From positions 32,001 to 96,000 of the forward strand of contig JBPOGF010000013.1 in the NCBI GenBank assembly GCA_051251915.1: a stretch of DNA of 64,000 bases. The letters are read 5' to 3'. Positions within the stretch are counted from its first letter, which is position 1. Every line of letters starts with the position of its first letter. The position numbers and the translations under genes were made by a program. Positions 31,410-40,661 of this stretch are shown here, piece by piece. Source of the stretch: Akkermansiaceae bacterium (GTDB taxonomy: Bacteria > Verrucomicrobiota > Verrucomicrobiia > Verrucomicrobiales > Akkermansiaceae). The notes beneath the pieces are model-generated. The model saw only the letters and a list, made by a program, of their open reading frames with translations, searched no databases and was not told where the DNA came from.

Positions 31410-33761
31410 ATGACATCACAAACTATCAACCCTTCAGCCGCTTCATCCCCCACACCACCAGCACTAGACTTCACCGCCAAGATAGCCAAAGAACTCGGCA
31501 TCCGCGACATCCAAGTAGCAGCCACCGCCAAGCTCCTCGCAGAAGGCGCCACCGTCCCATTCATCTCCCGCTACCGAAAAGAAGCCACCGGCCTCCTAGA
31601 CGAAATCGCCATCACAGCCATCCGCGACCGCATGCAGCAGCTCGGCGACCTAGAACGCCGCCGCACCGCCATCATCAAAAGCCTCGATGAACGCAAACTC
31701 CTCACCCCAGACCTCAAAAAGAAAGTCCTCGCCGCCGAGACCATGACCCGCCTAGAAGACGTCTTCGCCCCCTTCAGACCAAAACGCCGCACCCGCGCCA
31801 CCATGGCCATCGAACGCGGCCTAGAACCCCTAGCCGACCTCATCTGGGAAAATATAACCGACCCACAAACCACCCTCAAACAATACATCGTCATCAGCGA
31901 CGACAAAGACAAAGCCGTCCCAGACGAAGCCGCAGCCCTAGCCGGCGCACGCGACATCCTCGCCGAGCGCTGCGCAGACGACGCAGAAGCAAAATCCGAC
32001 ATCCGCCAAATCATCCAAAAGACCGGCACCATCTCCTCCCGCGTCCTCATGTCAAAAGCAGAAGACCCAGCCGCTCAGAAATTCAAAGACTACTTCGAAT
32101 GGTCAGAACCCCTCCGCGACGTCCCATCCCACCGCCTCCTAGCCATGCGCCGTGGAGAAAAAGAAGGCTTCCTCTTCATGCGCATCTCCGCAGATGAAGA
32201 AACAGCCCTAAATGCCCTCAGAAGACACTTCCTCCCCGCCACCCCCATCAACGACCAACTAGAACTCACCATCACAGACTGCTACAAGCGCCTCCTCTCA
32301 CTCTCCCTAGAAACAGAATTCCGCATGCAAACCAAAAAAGACGCAGACGCAGAAGCCGTCCGCGTCTTCGCAGAAAACCTCCGCGAGCTCCTCCTAGCAT
32401 CCCCACTAGGCCAAAAGCGCACCCTCGCCATCGACCCCGCATTCAGAACCGGCTGCAAAACCGTCGTCCTAGACGCCCAAGGCACCCTCCTCTACGACAC
32501 CGTCCTCCACCTAACCCTAGGAGTAGCACAAGCAAAAGAAGCCATCATGCAAGTCCGCAAACTCGTCGAGAAATTCCAGATCGAAGCCATCGCCATCGGC
32601 AACGGCACCGCATCCCGTGAAGCAGAAGGCGCCGTCAAACTCGCCAAACTCCCATCATCCATCCCAATAGTAATCGTCAACGAATCCGGCGCATCCATCT
32701 ACTCCGCCAGTGAAGTAGCCCGTGATGAATTCCCAGACAAAGACGTCACCGTCCGCGGCGCAGTCTCCATCGGCCGCCGCCTCATGGACCCACTCTCAGA
32801 ACTCGTCAAACTTGACCCAAAATCCATCGGAGTCGGCCAATACCAACACGACGTCGACCAAAACTCTCTCAAATCCAGCCTAGACGACACCGTCATCTCC
32901 TGCGTAAACGGCGTCGGCGTAGAAGTAAACACCGCCTCCAAGCAACTCCTCTCCTACGTCTCCGGCCTCAACACCACCATCGCCCAAAACCTCATCCTCT
33001 ACAGAAACGAAAACGGCCCATTCACCTCACGCGCCCAACTCAAAAAAGTCCCACGCCTAGGAGAAAAAGCCTTCGAACAAGCCGCCGGCTTCCTCCGCAT
33101 CCGTGGCGCCAAACACCCCCTAGACGAATCCTCAGTCCACCCAGAACGCTACGCCCTAGTAAAACAAATGGCCACCGACGCAGGCTGCACCATCCCAGAC
33201 CTCCTAAAAAGCGAAACCGCCCGCAACAAAATCAACCTCCAAAACTACGTCTCAGCAGAAGTCGGACTCCCCACTCTAAAAGACATCCTAGCCGAACTCT
33301 CCAAACCCGGCCGAGACCCCCGCAAGCAATTCGAGCACTTCAGCTTCCAAGAAGGAATCGACAAACCCTCAGACCTAGAAAAAGGAATGAAGCTCCCCGG
33401 CATCGTCACCAACGTCACCAACTTCGGAGCCTTCGTAGACGTCGGCGTCCACCAAGACGGCCTTGTCCACATCTCCCAACTAGCAGACCACTTCATCCAA
33501 GACCCCGCAGAAGTCGTCAAAGTCGGCCAAAAAGTCCAAGTCACAGTAACCGAAGTTGACCTAACCCGCAACCGCATCGCCCTCTCCATGAAAGCCAACC
33601 CAGACACAACCGGAAGCGGAGCAAAAGTACCTAACAGAACATCACAAAACCAAAATCGAAGCGCCAACAAAAACCACAAACCAAGAAACAACAACCGCAA
33701 CGACAACAACAACCTAGGCGGCGGAAACTGGTTCGACAACGCCCTAAACAAAAAGCACTAA
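31410..33761 (+). CDS. tex: Tex RNA-binding transcriptional accessory protein
   Basis: GATVPFISRYRKEATG, DPAFRTGCK, NESGASIYSAS, IGVGQYQHDV and a C-terminal S1 domain. Confidence 0.96.
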   Translation: MTSQTINPSAASSPTPPALDFTAKIAKELGIRDIQVAATAKLLAEGATVPFISRYRKEATGLLDEIAITAIRDRMQQLGDLERRRTAIIKSLDERKLLTPDLKKKVLAAETMTRLEDVFAPFRPKRRTRATMAIERGLEPLADLIWENITDPQTTLKQYIVISDDKDKAVPDEAAALAGARDILAERCADDAEAKSDIRQIIQKTGTISSRVLMSKAEDPAAQKFKDYFEWSEPLRDVPSHRLLAMRRGEKEGFLFMRISADEETALNALRRHFLPATPINDQLELTITDCYKRLLSLSLETEFRMQTKKDADAEAVRVFAENLRELLLASPLGQKRTLAIDPAFRTGCKTVVLDAQGTLLYDTVLHLTLGVAQAKEAIMQVRKLVEKFQIEAIAIGNGTASREAEGAVKLAKLPSSIPIVIVNESGASIYSASEVARDEFPDKDVTVRGAVSIGRRLMDPLSELVKLDPKSIGVGQYQHDVDQNSLKSSLDDTVISCVNGVGVEVNTASKQLLSYVSGLNTTIAQNLILYRNENGPFTSRAQLKKVPRLGEKAFEQAAGFLRIRGAKHPLDESSVHPERYALVKQMATDAGCTIPDLLKSETARNKINLQNYVSAEVGLPTLKDILAELSKPGRDPRKQFEHFSFQEGIDKPSDLEKGMKLPGIVTNVTNFGAFVDVGVHQDGLVHISQLADHFIQDPAEVVKVGQKVQVTVTEVDLTRNRIALSMKANPDTTGSGAKVPNRTSQNQNRSANKNHKPRNNNRNDNNNLGGGNWFDNALNKKH

Positions 33762-33960
33762 TAAGTGTCTCCGAACTCTGGTCGGAAGTCAATCAACCCC
33801 TCCCATGGCGGCGATTTCCTACCGCAAAGCCCCCCTCTCACCAAAGGTGAAATTCATACACAAGCACAGGAAAAGAGATGACTCTATTTTCATGAGTTGA
33901 CACAGTTTGCAATATTTTCATCTCCTGTCATACCCCACTAACCTTCCCTCAAAACTCGAC

Positions 33961-33993
33961 AAAAAAAATGATGCAAGCTTATACCTGCATCAT
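33961..33993 (-). terminator. Intrinsic terminator of the L,D-transpeptidase gene
   Basis: Minus strand ATGATGCAGGTATAAGCTTGCATCAT followed by a T-tract. Confidence 0.75.
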
Positions 33994-34023
33994 AAGAGAA
34001 TTTTAGTAATATCGCTTTATATC

Positions 34024-34650
34024 CTATCGATAAACAGGCGGAACCCGATGATTCTGAATATCACTAAACAGCTGACTACTATTCATATATGATCTTGGCG
34101 GATTAGGCAAAGGACCATCATCAAGCACAGGCAACTTAGCACCAACACTAGAATCCCACTTCTGACTAGCACTCACATTAATAGGAGTCCCCACCCTGAC
34201 TAAATTATAAAACTGCGGAGCCACATGCCAAGGCAAACGCACACACCCCATACTACAAGGATAAGGCTTCACAAAACCCCAATGAAACCCATAAGCAGGC
34301 TTACCCGCAAACTCTACCCAATACGGCATAGGATAGCCCGCATCAGGATTAGAAATGCGACGTTTATCAGCATCCTTACGCCCCACCCTAGAGTTCCCCC
34401 CAGGTGTAGGAGAACCCGCTCTACCTACTCCAGCCCTCGTAGCAAGTAACACCCGGTCACCCTCCACCACATACACAGCACGAGCACCGGTGCTCACCTT
34501 AATCTCCACATCCGATGGATTATTCGGAGTTAAAGCCTTAGGATAATAACCAAAAGACCCCGTTGGAGCTGAACATGATGAGAACACCCCAACAGCCACT
34601 GCTGAAATACAAAGAAATAGTTTATTCATAATGCCTATACTAATAAACAT
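34024..34650 (-). CDS. L,D-transpeptidase (YkuD family) lipoprotein
   Basis: Lipobox FSSC; GFHWG...SMGCVRL catalytic His/Cys. Probable start at MNKLFL. Confidence 0.88.
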   Translation of the reverse strand: MFISIGIMNKLFLCISAVAVGVFSSCSAPTGSFGYYPKALTPNNPSDVEIKVSTGARAVYVVEGDRVLLATRAGVGRAGSPTPGGNSRVGRKDADKRRISNPDAGYPMPYWVEFAGKPAYGFHWGFVKPYPCSMGCVRLPWHVAPQFYNLVRVGTPINVSASQKWDSSVGAKLPVLDDGPLPNPPRSYMNSSQLFSDIQNHRVPPVYR

Positions 34651-34768
34651 CTCATCACCAAGTGTCGATTATTTTTGGTAATGAATTTGGTCACATTCCA
34701 ACAACACTAGATAAACGCAGCCTCTTGCTTTTCAACAAATGCATGAAAAAGTCTCAAGAATTCAGCAG

Positions 34769-35131
34769 CTATTGATAAGCGGTTAACTTCTTAGATAACC
34801 TTTGAGGAGGAATTCCATAGAAGAACTTAATTTCGATACAGAAATGACTGTAATTCTTAAACCCTAGAGACTCTGAAATAGTATGACTTGAGGCTCCCTC
34901 CATCATTTGACGTCGAGCCATCAAAGCACGATGCCTACGAAACAAGTCTTTGGGTTGAATCTCTAAAAACTTTAACATCAATGTTTCAAACTGGACACTA
35001 GTAAGCCCAATTTCTGAACAGACAGACTTAACCCGAAACCTATGTTTTTCAGCAAGTTCAAGAATGTCGATGTGATCATTCATCAAAATTCTGTTTCCAT
35101 CTCTAGTGATTTTATGTTTTATCCTTGTCAT
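34769..35131 (-). CDS. Stand-alone AraC-type helix-turn-helix protein
   Basis: C-terminal ISESLGFKNYSHF...K.FYGIPP AraC signature; no ligand-binding domain. Start uncertain (35197, 35131 or 35083). Confidence 0.75.
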   Translation of the reverse strand: MTRIKHKITRDGNRILMNDHIDILELAEKHRFRVKSVCSEIGLTSVQFETLMLKFLEIQPKDLFRRHRALMARRQMMEGASSHTISESLGFKNYSHFCIEIKFFYGIPPQRLSKKLTAYQ

Positions 35132-35209
35132 GGCTCTAAATATATTCTTTGTAGTGCATCTAAACCAATTAGATGACTTAATAAATGAAAATCTCACTTT
35201 TTAAATAAG

Positions 35210-35226
35210 AAAATCCCTAAGATTTT
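35210..35226. promoter_or_regulatory. Candidate operator between the divergent AraC-like and phcB-like genes
   Basis: Perfect inverted repeat AAAATC-CCTAA-GATTTT inside an imperfect direct repeat GAAAATC...TTTTTAAATA (35187-35207 and 35209-35233). Confidence 0.35.
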
Positions 35227-35266
35227 TTAAATATAAAGGTATCCCCCAATTCAGTAAAGATAAATA

Positions 35267-36679
35267 ATGAATTTCTTCAATAACCAAGAAAAAACTATAA
35301 GTTGCCACAATTCCAATGGTGAAGCTATCCAAGCTAGCTTATTAAACTTAAGCCGTTATTCCGCTTCATTCGAAGTATATAACCCATACAGTATTATGCA
35401 GTTATCTGAAGTCCTTCAAGATTTTCAGATTAAAATGCAAGGAAAACTAATTTATGAAGGCGAAGCTGTGGTTTCTGGACTTATAAATACAGGGGTTCTA
35501 GTAGTCTGTGAGGTTTCACTAACTGGAACTTGGTACGATGTCGATTTACATAAAAGACGTGAAAGCGGCAACAAAAACTTAGATACTGAGTTTACTAACT
35601 ACCTAGAGTCTTGGAAAGAGATTCATCAATTGTCTGATGAATTCAAGCTCATTGTTGCAGATATGCAGAGCATACTCATGGGCATTGAGCGCTGGGTGAA
35701 CGAAATTGAACTAAGCGTAAAATCCCTTAGCGATGAAAAACGCGACAATGAAGAACGTGAAATTCTAGCCACCATTAGAGAACAATTTACGATGGAGTTC
35801 TCCCCTCATATGGATGCGCTTGAACGTATCCATAAAACGATAGATCCAGCACACTTAAACTCATACAAATACTACATCAGAAGGCATCTACACCCCTTCA
35901 TACTCTGTGCCCCTTTTCCTTTCAGGACATTCCAAAAACCATTAGGTTATGCGGGTGACTATGAAATGGTGGCAATGATGTTGAGAGATAGCTCCGAAGG
36001 ATGCAGCATGTTTGCTAAGTTAGTCAACTATGCGTTTCTTGGAATGGATCCCGTTATAGCTCATCGTAATAGAATCACTTACCTTCATGACTCTATACGG
36101 GAAATCACTAAGGCTAAGAGCATGAACAATGGGCGGCCAAGAATATTAAATCTCGGTTGTGGGCCAGCTCAAGAAATCCAACGATTTATAACACAAGACT
36201 CCGAGTCTGATTTTGCAGATTTCACACTATTAGATTTTAATTTAGAAACCCTTCAATACACCAGTGGTGTATTATCTGATTTAAAGACTAAGCACCAAAG
36301 AACAGTTGATGTCACTTACCTAGAACGCTCAGTAAATCAATTATTGAGACAATCCAATAGAGGCGATATCGATATGGAGTGGGAATCATTCGATCTAGTT
36401 TACTGTGCAGGCCTGTTTGACTACTTATCCCAGAAAGTTTGTAAGAGACTAGTCAGCCTATTCTATAAGCTAATAGCACCAGGTGGCAAAGTGATAGTCA
36501 CAAATGTTTCTGACACAAACCCTCGCATAGGAGGCATGGAACTGCTACTGGAATGGAATTTGATATACCGAGACAACGAGGGAATGCTAGATCTAATTCC
36601 AAACACGATGGGTGTAACGCACGATCTAACAGCAGATGAAACGGGCGTAAATCTTTTCCTAGAGATCAGTAAACCATGA
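35267..36679 (+). CDS. phcB: PhcB-like SAM-dependent methyltransferase (3-hydroxy fatty acid methyl ester signal synthase family)
   Basis: Class I MTase motif LNLGCGPA plus blocks I recognise from Ralstonia PhcB: EVYNPYSI.Q.SEVL, INTG, LHP.IL.APF..RTF.KPLGYAGDYEMV, AHRNRI, FD.VYCAGLFDYLS.KVC.RL, LLEW.L.YRD, D.TGVN.F. Length 470 aa. Confidence 0.85.
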   Translation: MNFFNNQEKTISCHNSNGEAIQASLLNLSRYSASFEVYNPYSIMQLSEVLQDFQIKMQGKLIYEGEAVVSGLINTGVLVVCEVSLTGTWYDVDLHKRRESGNKNLDTEFTNYLESWKEIHQLSDEFKLIVADMQSILMGIERWVNEIELSVKSLSDEKRDNEEREILATIREQFTMEFSPHMDALERIHKTIDPAHLNSYKYYIRRHLHPFILCAPFPFRTFQKPLGYAGDYEMVAMMLRDSSEGCSMFAKLVNYAFLGMDPVIAHRNRITYLHDSIREITKAKSMNNGRPRILNLGCGPAQEIQRFITQDSESDFADFTLLDFNLETLQYTSGVLSDLKTKHQRTVDVTYLERSVNQLLRQSNRGDIDMEWESFDLVYCAGLFDYLSQKVCKRLVSLFYKLIAPGGKVIVTNVSDTNPRIGGMELLLEWNLIYRDNEGMLDLIPNTMGVTHDLTADETGVNLFLEISKP

Positions 36680-39300
36680 GATTAACTAAAGAAAATTCAG
36701 CAGATTACGCACTGCGTGAACGATTTGAATTATCTGAGCAAATCATTAGAAAGCCTAACTATCAGACTGCGATAATTTTATCGTTTCTGTTTACCATGTT
36801 AGGGGTTCTCTTGGATATTTGGGTGTACCCAGATTATGTCCTCCCCTTCTTCTTCTTAAGAATAATAACCGGAGCCGGATTGATCTTGGCGTGGTTATTA
36901 CTGCACTATTCTAATAATCACAAGCTACATACCGCGGGGGCTTATAGTGCGGCAATATTACCCAGTGTCTGTGCCACAGCCATCATGTATTTAGTGAATG
37001 GAGGAAATTCTATTTATTATGGCGGACTAATTCTAGTCTTAGTCTGCTCTTCGATGCTTTTGAGATGGCAATTTCGGGATAGTCTTATCAATTCAGTTGC
37101 CTGCGTTAGTCTTTATTTGATTTTGCTAGCATTAGAGAATTTTAGTAAACCTGATGGGTTTGTACACTTGTTTTATATCATCGCCACCGCTGTATTTGCG
37201 AGTTGCGGAGTTTTATTTACAGAAAAATTAAGATTTAAAGAATTTGTTCTATTAGAAAAACTCGAGAGTAGTAAAAAAGAACTAGAAAAACAAAACCTTA
37301 AAATGATCGAGCTAGATCGAGTTAAGACTAGCTTCTTTGCTAATATTAGTCATGAGCTACGCACTCCGCTAACTCTAATAATGGGCCCTATTGAGACACT
37401 AACCCATAAAGCAGCTAAATGGAACGACGAGCAAGCTAATGAACATTTAAAGCTCATGAAATCAAATAGTCTGAGGCTACTCAGATTAGTCAATGAAGTT
37501 CTAGACTTGATCAAATTGGACCTATCTGAATACCCTGTTAATAAATCACCTACAGCTGTAAATCAATTTTGTGAAGATATCATTAACAGTGTGGAAATAC
37601 TAGCACAGAAAAAACGAATAAAGGTTAATTTTACAGGTAGCCCTGAGCTCAAAGCATGGGTCGACCGTAGATCTATAGAAAAAATCATTCTGAACTTGCT
37701 CATGAATGCCGTGAAATTCACTCCTGCAGGTGGTGAAATTAATTTCAGCTTAAACTACAATTTGGACGGAATATTACTAGAAGTAAGTGATAATGGAGAA
37801 GGAATGAAAAGCGAGGACATCCCCATGGTTTTTGAGCGCTTTTGGCAAGCTGATATGTCAGCCAAAAGGAAACATGGTGGTGCAGGACTAGGACTTGCTC
37901 TAGTAAAAAATCTAGTAGATACGATGGACGGGGAAATTGACCTCCAATCCACAATTGATAAAGGAACAACATTTAATATATTTATACCTGCAACCTTCTG
38001 CCCAGAATTAGAACTCGTTGCTGATGATAATACGAAAATGGATATTGTTGAAGACTTCAATACACAGGCACGCCTTGTGAACCGCATGGAGAGTCACACC
38101 ATCGAGCCCTCAGCTACAATTGATTTCTATAATGACGGCCGGGCTGCATCGAAAAAACACACCATACTCATCGTCGATGATGAACCAGACTTGAGGAGCT
38201 TTATCAGTGGAGAGCTAAGCGAATACGATATACTTACGGCTTCAGACGGTGCTGAAGGATGGGAAAAGGCCAAACAGTACTTACCTGATCTTATTGTCTT
38301 AGACTTAGAGATGCCTCGTAAGGATGGACTGGAGGTCACAAGTCTACTCAGAGCTCACCCTAGCACGGAAAGAATACCGATCATACTAGTCACAGCCAAA
38401 GCAGATGAAGTCAACAAGCTTGAGGCCCTAAACCTAGGGGTGAACGATTTCTTAAGTAAACCTTTCTCAAGCGCTGAGCTGCACACAAGAGTCGATAACC
38501 TCATTATGAATTATCTTTTCGAGGTTGAACTTCGCAAAAATAATGCCCGGCTAGAGAAAGCTCTAGAGAAAATTAAAGAGCAAGAAGCTACTGTTGTAAA
38601 AGCAGAAAAGGTCTCTTCTCTGGCTGTGATGAGCGCTGGTATTGTTCATGAAGTAAATAACCCTTTAAACTACGTAAGAACTGCTCTTCATGCATTAAAA
38701 ACATTTGAAGATGATATTACAGAGGATGAAAAAGAAGACTTTAAAGAAACCGTCGGAGATGCTTCTGAGGGCTTAGATAGAGTGATCAGAATCATTACAG
38801 ATCTTCGCGCTCTAACCCATGGAGATAGCTATTCTGCGTATAATGAAGTCTCTGCAGATAGAATATATGAAACAGCATGTAAACTTTCTGGAAATAAACT
38901 TGATGGCACTAAAATTGAAGTAGACATTCAGGATGACCTGTTTATTTTAGGCAATGAATTACAGCTTGGCCAAGTGCTTTCAAATATGCTAATTAATGCA
39001 AGCTTAGCAACAAAAGAGCAGGATAGAGAAGGCTTAATAAAAATCCAAATGATAGGAGATCAGGGAAAAGGAATTAAAATATCCATTACTGATAACGGCG
39101 TGGGCATCGATGAAGAAGAGCTAGATAAAATTTTTGATCCATTTTTCACAAAACGTGATGTCGGAGAAGGCATGGGCCTAGGATTAAGCATTTGTCAGAA
39201 AATAATACATAGCCATAAAGGACTCATTTCATGTGATTCAGAGAAAGGAGAATGGACTTCTTTTACTATTCAATTGCCAGAAGCCTCGATTGATGATTAA
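36676..39300 (+). CDS. PhcS-like membrane hybrid sensor kinase with TM-HisKA-HATPase-REC-HisKA-HATPase architecture
   Basis: About 6 TM helices; H-box 1 SHELRTPL with N/G boxes; receiver IVDDE..LDLEMP..VTA..KP; H-box 2 VHEVNNPL with DNGVG, FDPFFT and GMGLGL. ATGA overlap with the phcB-like gene. Confidence 0.88.
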   Translation: MRLTKENSADYALRERFELSEQIIRKPNYQTAIILSFLFTMLGVLLDIWVYPDYVLPFFFLRIITGAGLILAWLLLHYSNNHKLHTAGAYSAAILPSVCATAIMYLVNGGNSIYYGGLILVLVCSSMLLRWQFRDSLINSVACVSLYLILLALENFSKPDGFVHLFYIIATAVFASCGVLFTEKLRFKEFVLLEKLESSKKELEKQNLKMIELDRVKTSFFANISHELRTPLTLIMGPIETLTHKAAKWNDEQANEHLKLMKSNSLRLLRLVNEVLDLIKLDLSEYPVNKSPTAVNQFCEDIINSVEILAQKKRIKVNFTGSPELKAWVDRRSIEKIILNLLMNAVKFTPAGGEINFSLNYNLDGILLEVSDNGEGMKSEDIPMVFERFWQADMSAKRKHGGAGLGLALVKNLVDTMDGEIDLQSTIDKGTTFNIFIPATFCPELELVADDNTKMDIVEDFNTQARLVNRMESHTIEPSATIDFYNDGRAASKKHTILIVDDEPDLRSFISGELSEYDILTASDGAEGWEKAKQYLPDLIVLDLEMPRKDGLEVTSLLRAHPSTERIPIILVTAKADEVNKLEALNLGVNDFLSKPFSSAELHTRVDNLIMNYLFEVELRKNNARLEKALEKIKEQEATVVKAEKVSSLAVMSAGIVHEVNNPLNYVRTALHALKTFEDDITEDEKEDFKETVGDASEGLDRVIRIITDLRALTHGDSYSAYNEVSADRIYETACKLSGNKLDGTKIEVDIQDDLFILGNELQLGQVLSNMLINASLATKEQDREGLIKIQMIGDQGKGIKISITDNGVGIDEEELDKIFDPFFTKRDVGEGMGLGLSICQKIIHSHKGLISCDSEKGEWTSFTIQLPEASIDD

Positions 39301-39347
39301 TTTGTCTGAGCGATCACCATACCAAAAAATTATACAACCACTTATTT

Positions 39348-40520
39348 ATGTTAAACGAAGACAAGCCAAGTATCTTATTTGTTGATGATGAAGAAAAAAC
39401 GAGGAAATATTTTGCTCGCCTCTTTAAAAAAGAATTCACAATACTAACTGCAGATGACGGAGTTCACGCATTAGAAGTATTTAAAGAGCATCAAGAAAAA
39501 ATTGGTGTGGTTATTACTGATCAACGAATGCCCAGAGAGACTGGTTCACAATTCTTAGCGAAAGTAGCTGAAATCAAACCTTCAACCGTTCGTATTCTCT
39601 CAACTGCATACGCGGATATGGATGCTGCTATTGACTCAGTTAATAAAGGAGGAATCTATCGCTATATTACTAAACCATGGGAAATCGCTGACCTCGAAAT
39701 CACTCTAAGAAGAGCAGTTGAATTATATGAACTTGTGAGAGAAAGAGATAGTCTCCTTCAGCATAAGCTTTCAAGCCTGCAAGGGTTAGCCGGCTCAGAC
39801 AGACTTCTGTCTTTAGCCAGTATGACCGTTTTTAGTACTCAAAATTTACAGAACCTAGACGAAGCTCTAAGTGCTATCGCACAATTGGCTGATATTGATG
39901 ACTTTGATAACAGCGTATCGGATTCAGATCCTGTAGCAACATCATGGAATAATATCTACAAACAGCATTTAAACTTCCTCAAAACAGTATCTCAAGCATT
40001 TCCAAATGATTTCACCGAAGGTGAAAGACTAACCAATGGATCAGTCGACGTTAATAAGATGCTCGAGAAGTCTCTGGCTAATCAATCATTCATGAGACTT
40101 CGTGAAAACAGCGAAGAATTGTCGTGGCCAGGAACCGAAGAAAGAATCCTAGACCTAATAGAACCATTTTTCAAAAGCTTGGAACTAATACTAGCAGATG
40201 CTGGTGAGTGTACTATGGAAATCAGGAAAAGTGGTCTAGAACTTCGCTTACCTTCACGCCTTATCTCTAAACACCTGAAGCATTTAAGGCACTCTACTGA
40301 TACTAACATTCCTATTGAAGGCGTCGTAAATTTTGTTGTCTCACTTTTCAAATTAGGCCACTTTGGTGCTCGATTTGATGTATTCCCAGAAACAGGCAAT
40401 TCCCTAGTTAGATTAAGAGTATCCTTTGACCTCGATAGGTTGCCAGGCTCTGATGAACCTGTATGGGAAGCTTTAGCTAGATCATTGGCTGACAACGATA
40501 TGTTCTGGAATAGACTCTAA
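39348..40520 (+). CDS. PhcQ-like response regulator (receiver plus non-DNA-binding C-terminal domain)
   Basis: ILFVDDE, TDQRMP, STAY and KPW, then coiled coil ERDSLLQHKLSSLQ; no HTH recognisable. Confidence 0.78.
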   Translation: MLNEDKPSILFVDDEEKTRKYFARLFKKEFTILTADDGVHALEVFKEHQEKIGVVITDQRMPRETGSQFLAKVAEIKPSTVRILSTAYADMDAAIDSVNKGGIYRYITKPWEIADLEITLRRAVELYELVRERDSLLQHKLSSLQGLAGSDRLLSLASMTVFSTQNLQNLDEALSAIAQLADIDDFDNSVSDSDPVATSWNNIYKQHLNFLKTVSQAFPNDFTEGERLTNGSVDVNKMLEKSLANQSFMRLRENSEELSWPGTEERILDLIEPFFKSLELILADAGECTMEIRKSGLELRLPSRLISKHLKHLRHSTDTNIPIEGVVNFVVSLFKLGHFGARFDVFPETGNSLVRLRVSFDLDRLPGSDEPVWEALARSLADNDMFWNRL

Positions 40521-40549
40521 GTATAATAATCCATTCAAATCGCTTTATT

Positions 40550-40581
40550 AAAAAGCCCACTGTTTGATCAGTAGGCTTTTT
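40550..40581. terminator. Bidirectional intrinsic terminator between the phc-like operon and fadL
   Basis: AAAAAGCC-CACTG-TTTGAT-CAGTA-GGCTTTTT. Confidence 0.75.
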
Positions 40582-40661
40582 AGGCTATTGTTCAAGTAAG
40601 TATCGAATTACAACACTAGCCAATGATTCATGATGTAATTTTAAATACTGAAAAATTATTC

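Noticed and set aside
22280..33751. Many overlapping or antisense ORFs (60-220 aa) in the ORF track, here and at 52-63 kb
   Set aside because: Shadow frames of well-supported genes. The strong strand skew depletes stop codons, and the translations are low-complexity with no family motifs.
33762..33960. Possible ncRNA or gene remnant between tex and the L,D-transpeptidase
   Set aside because: Only weak imperfect inverted repeats and no convincing ORF or known RNA motif.
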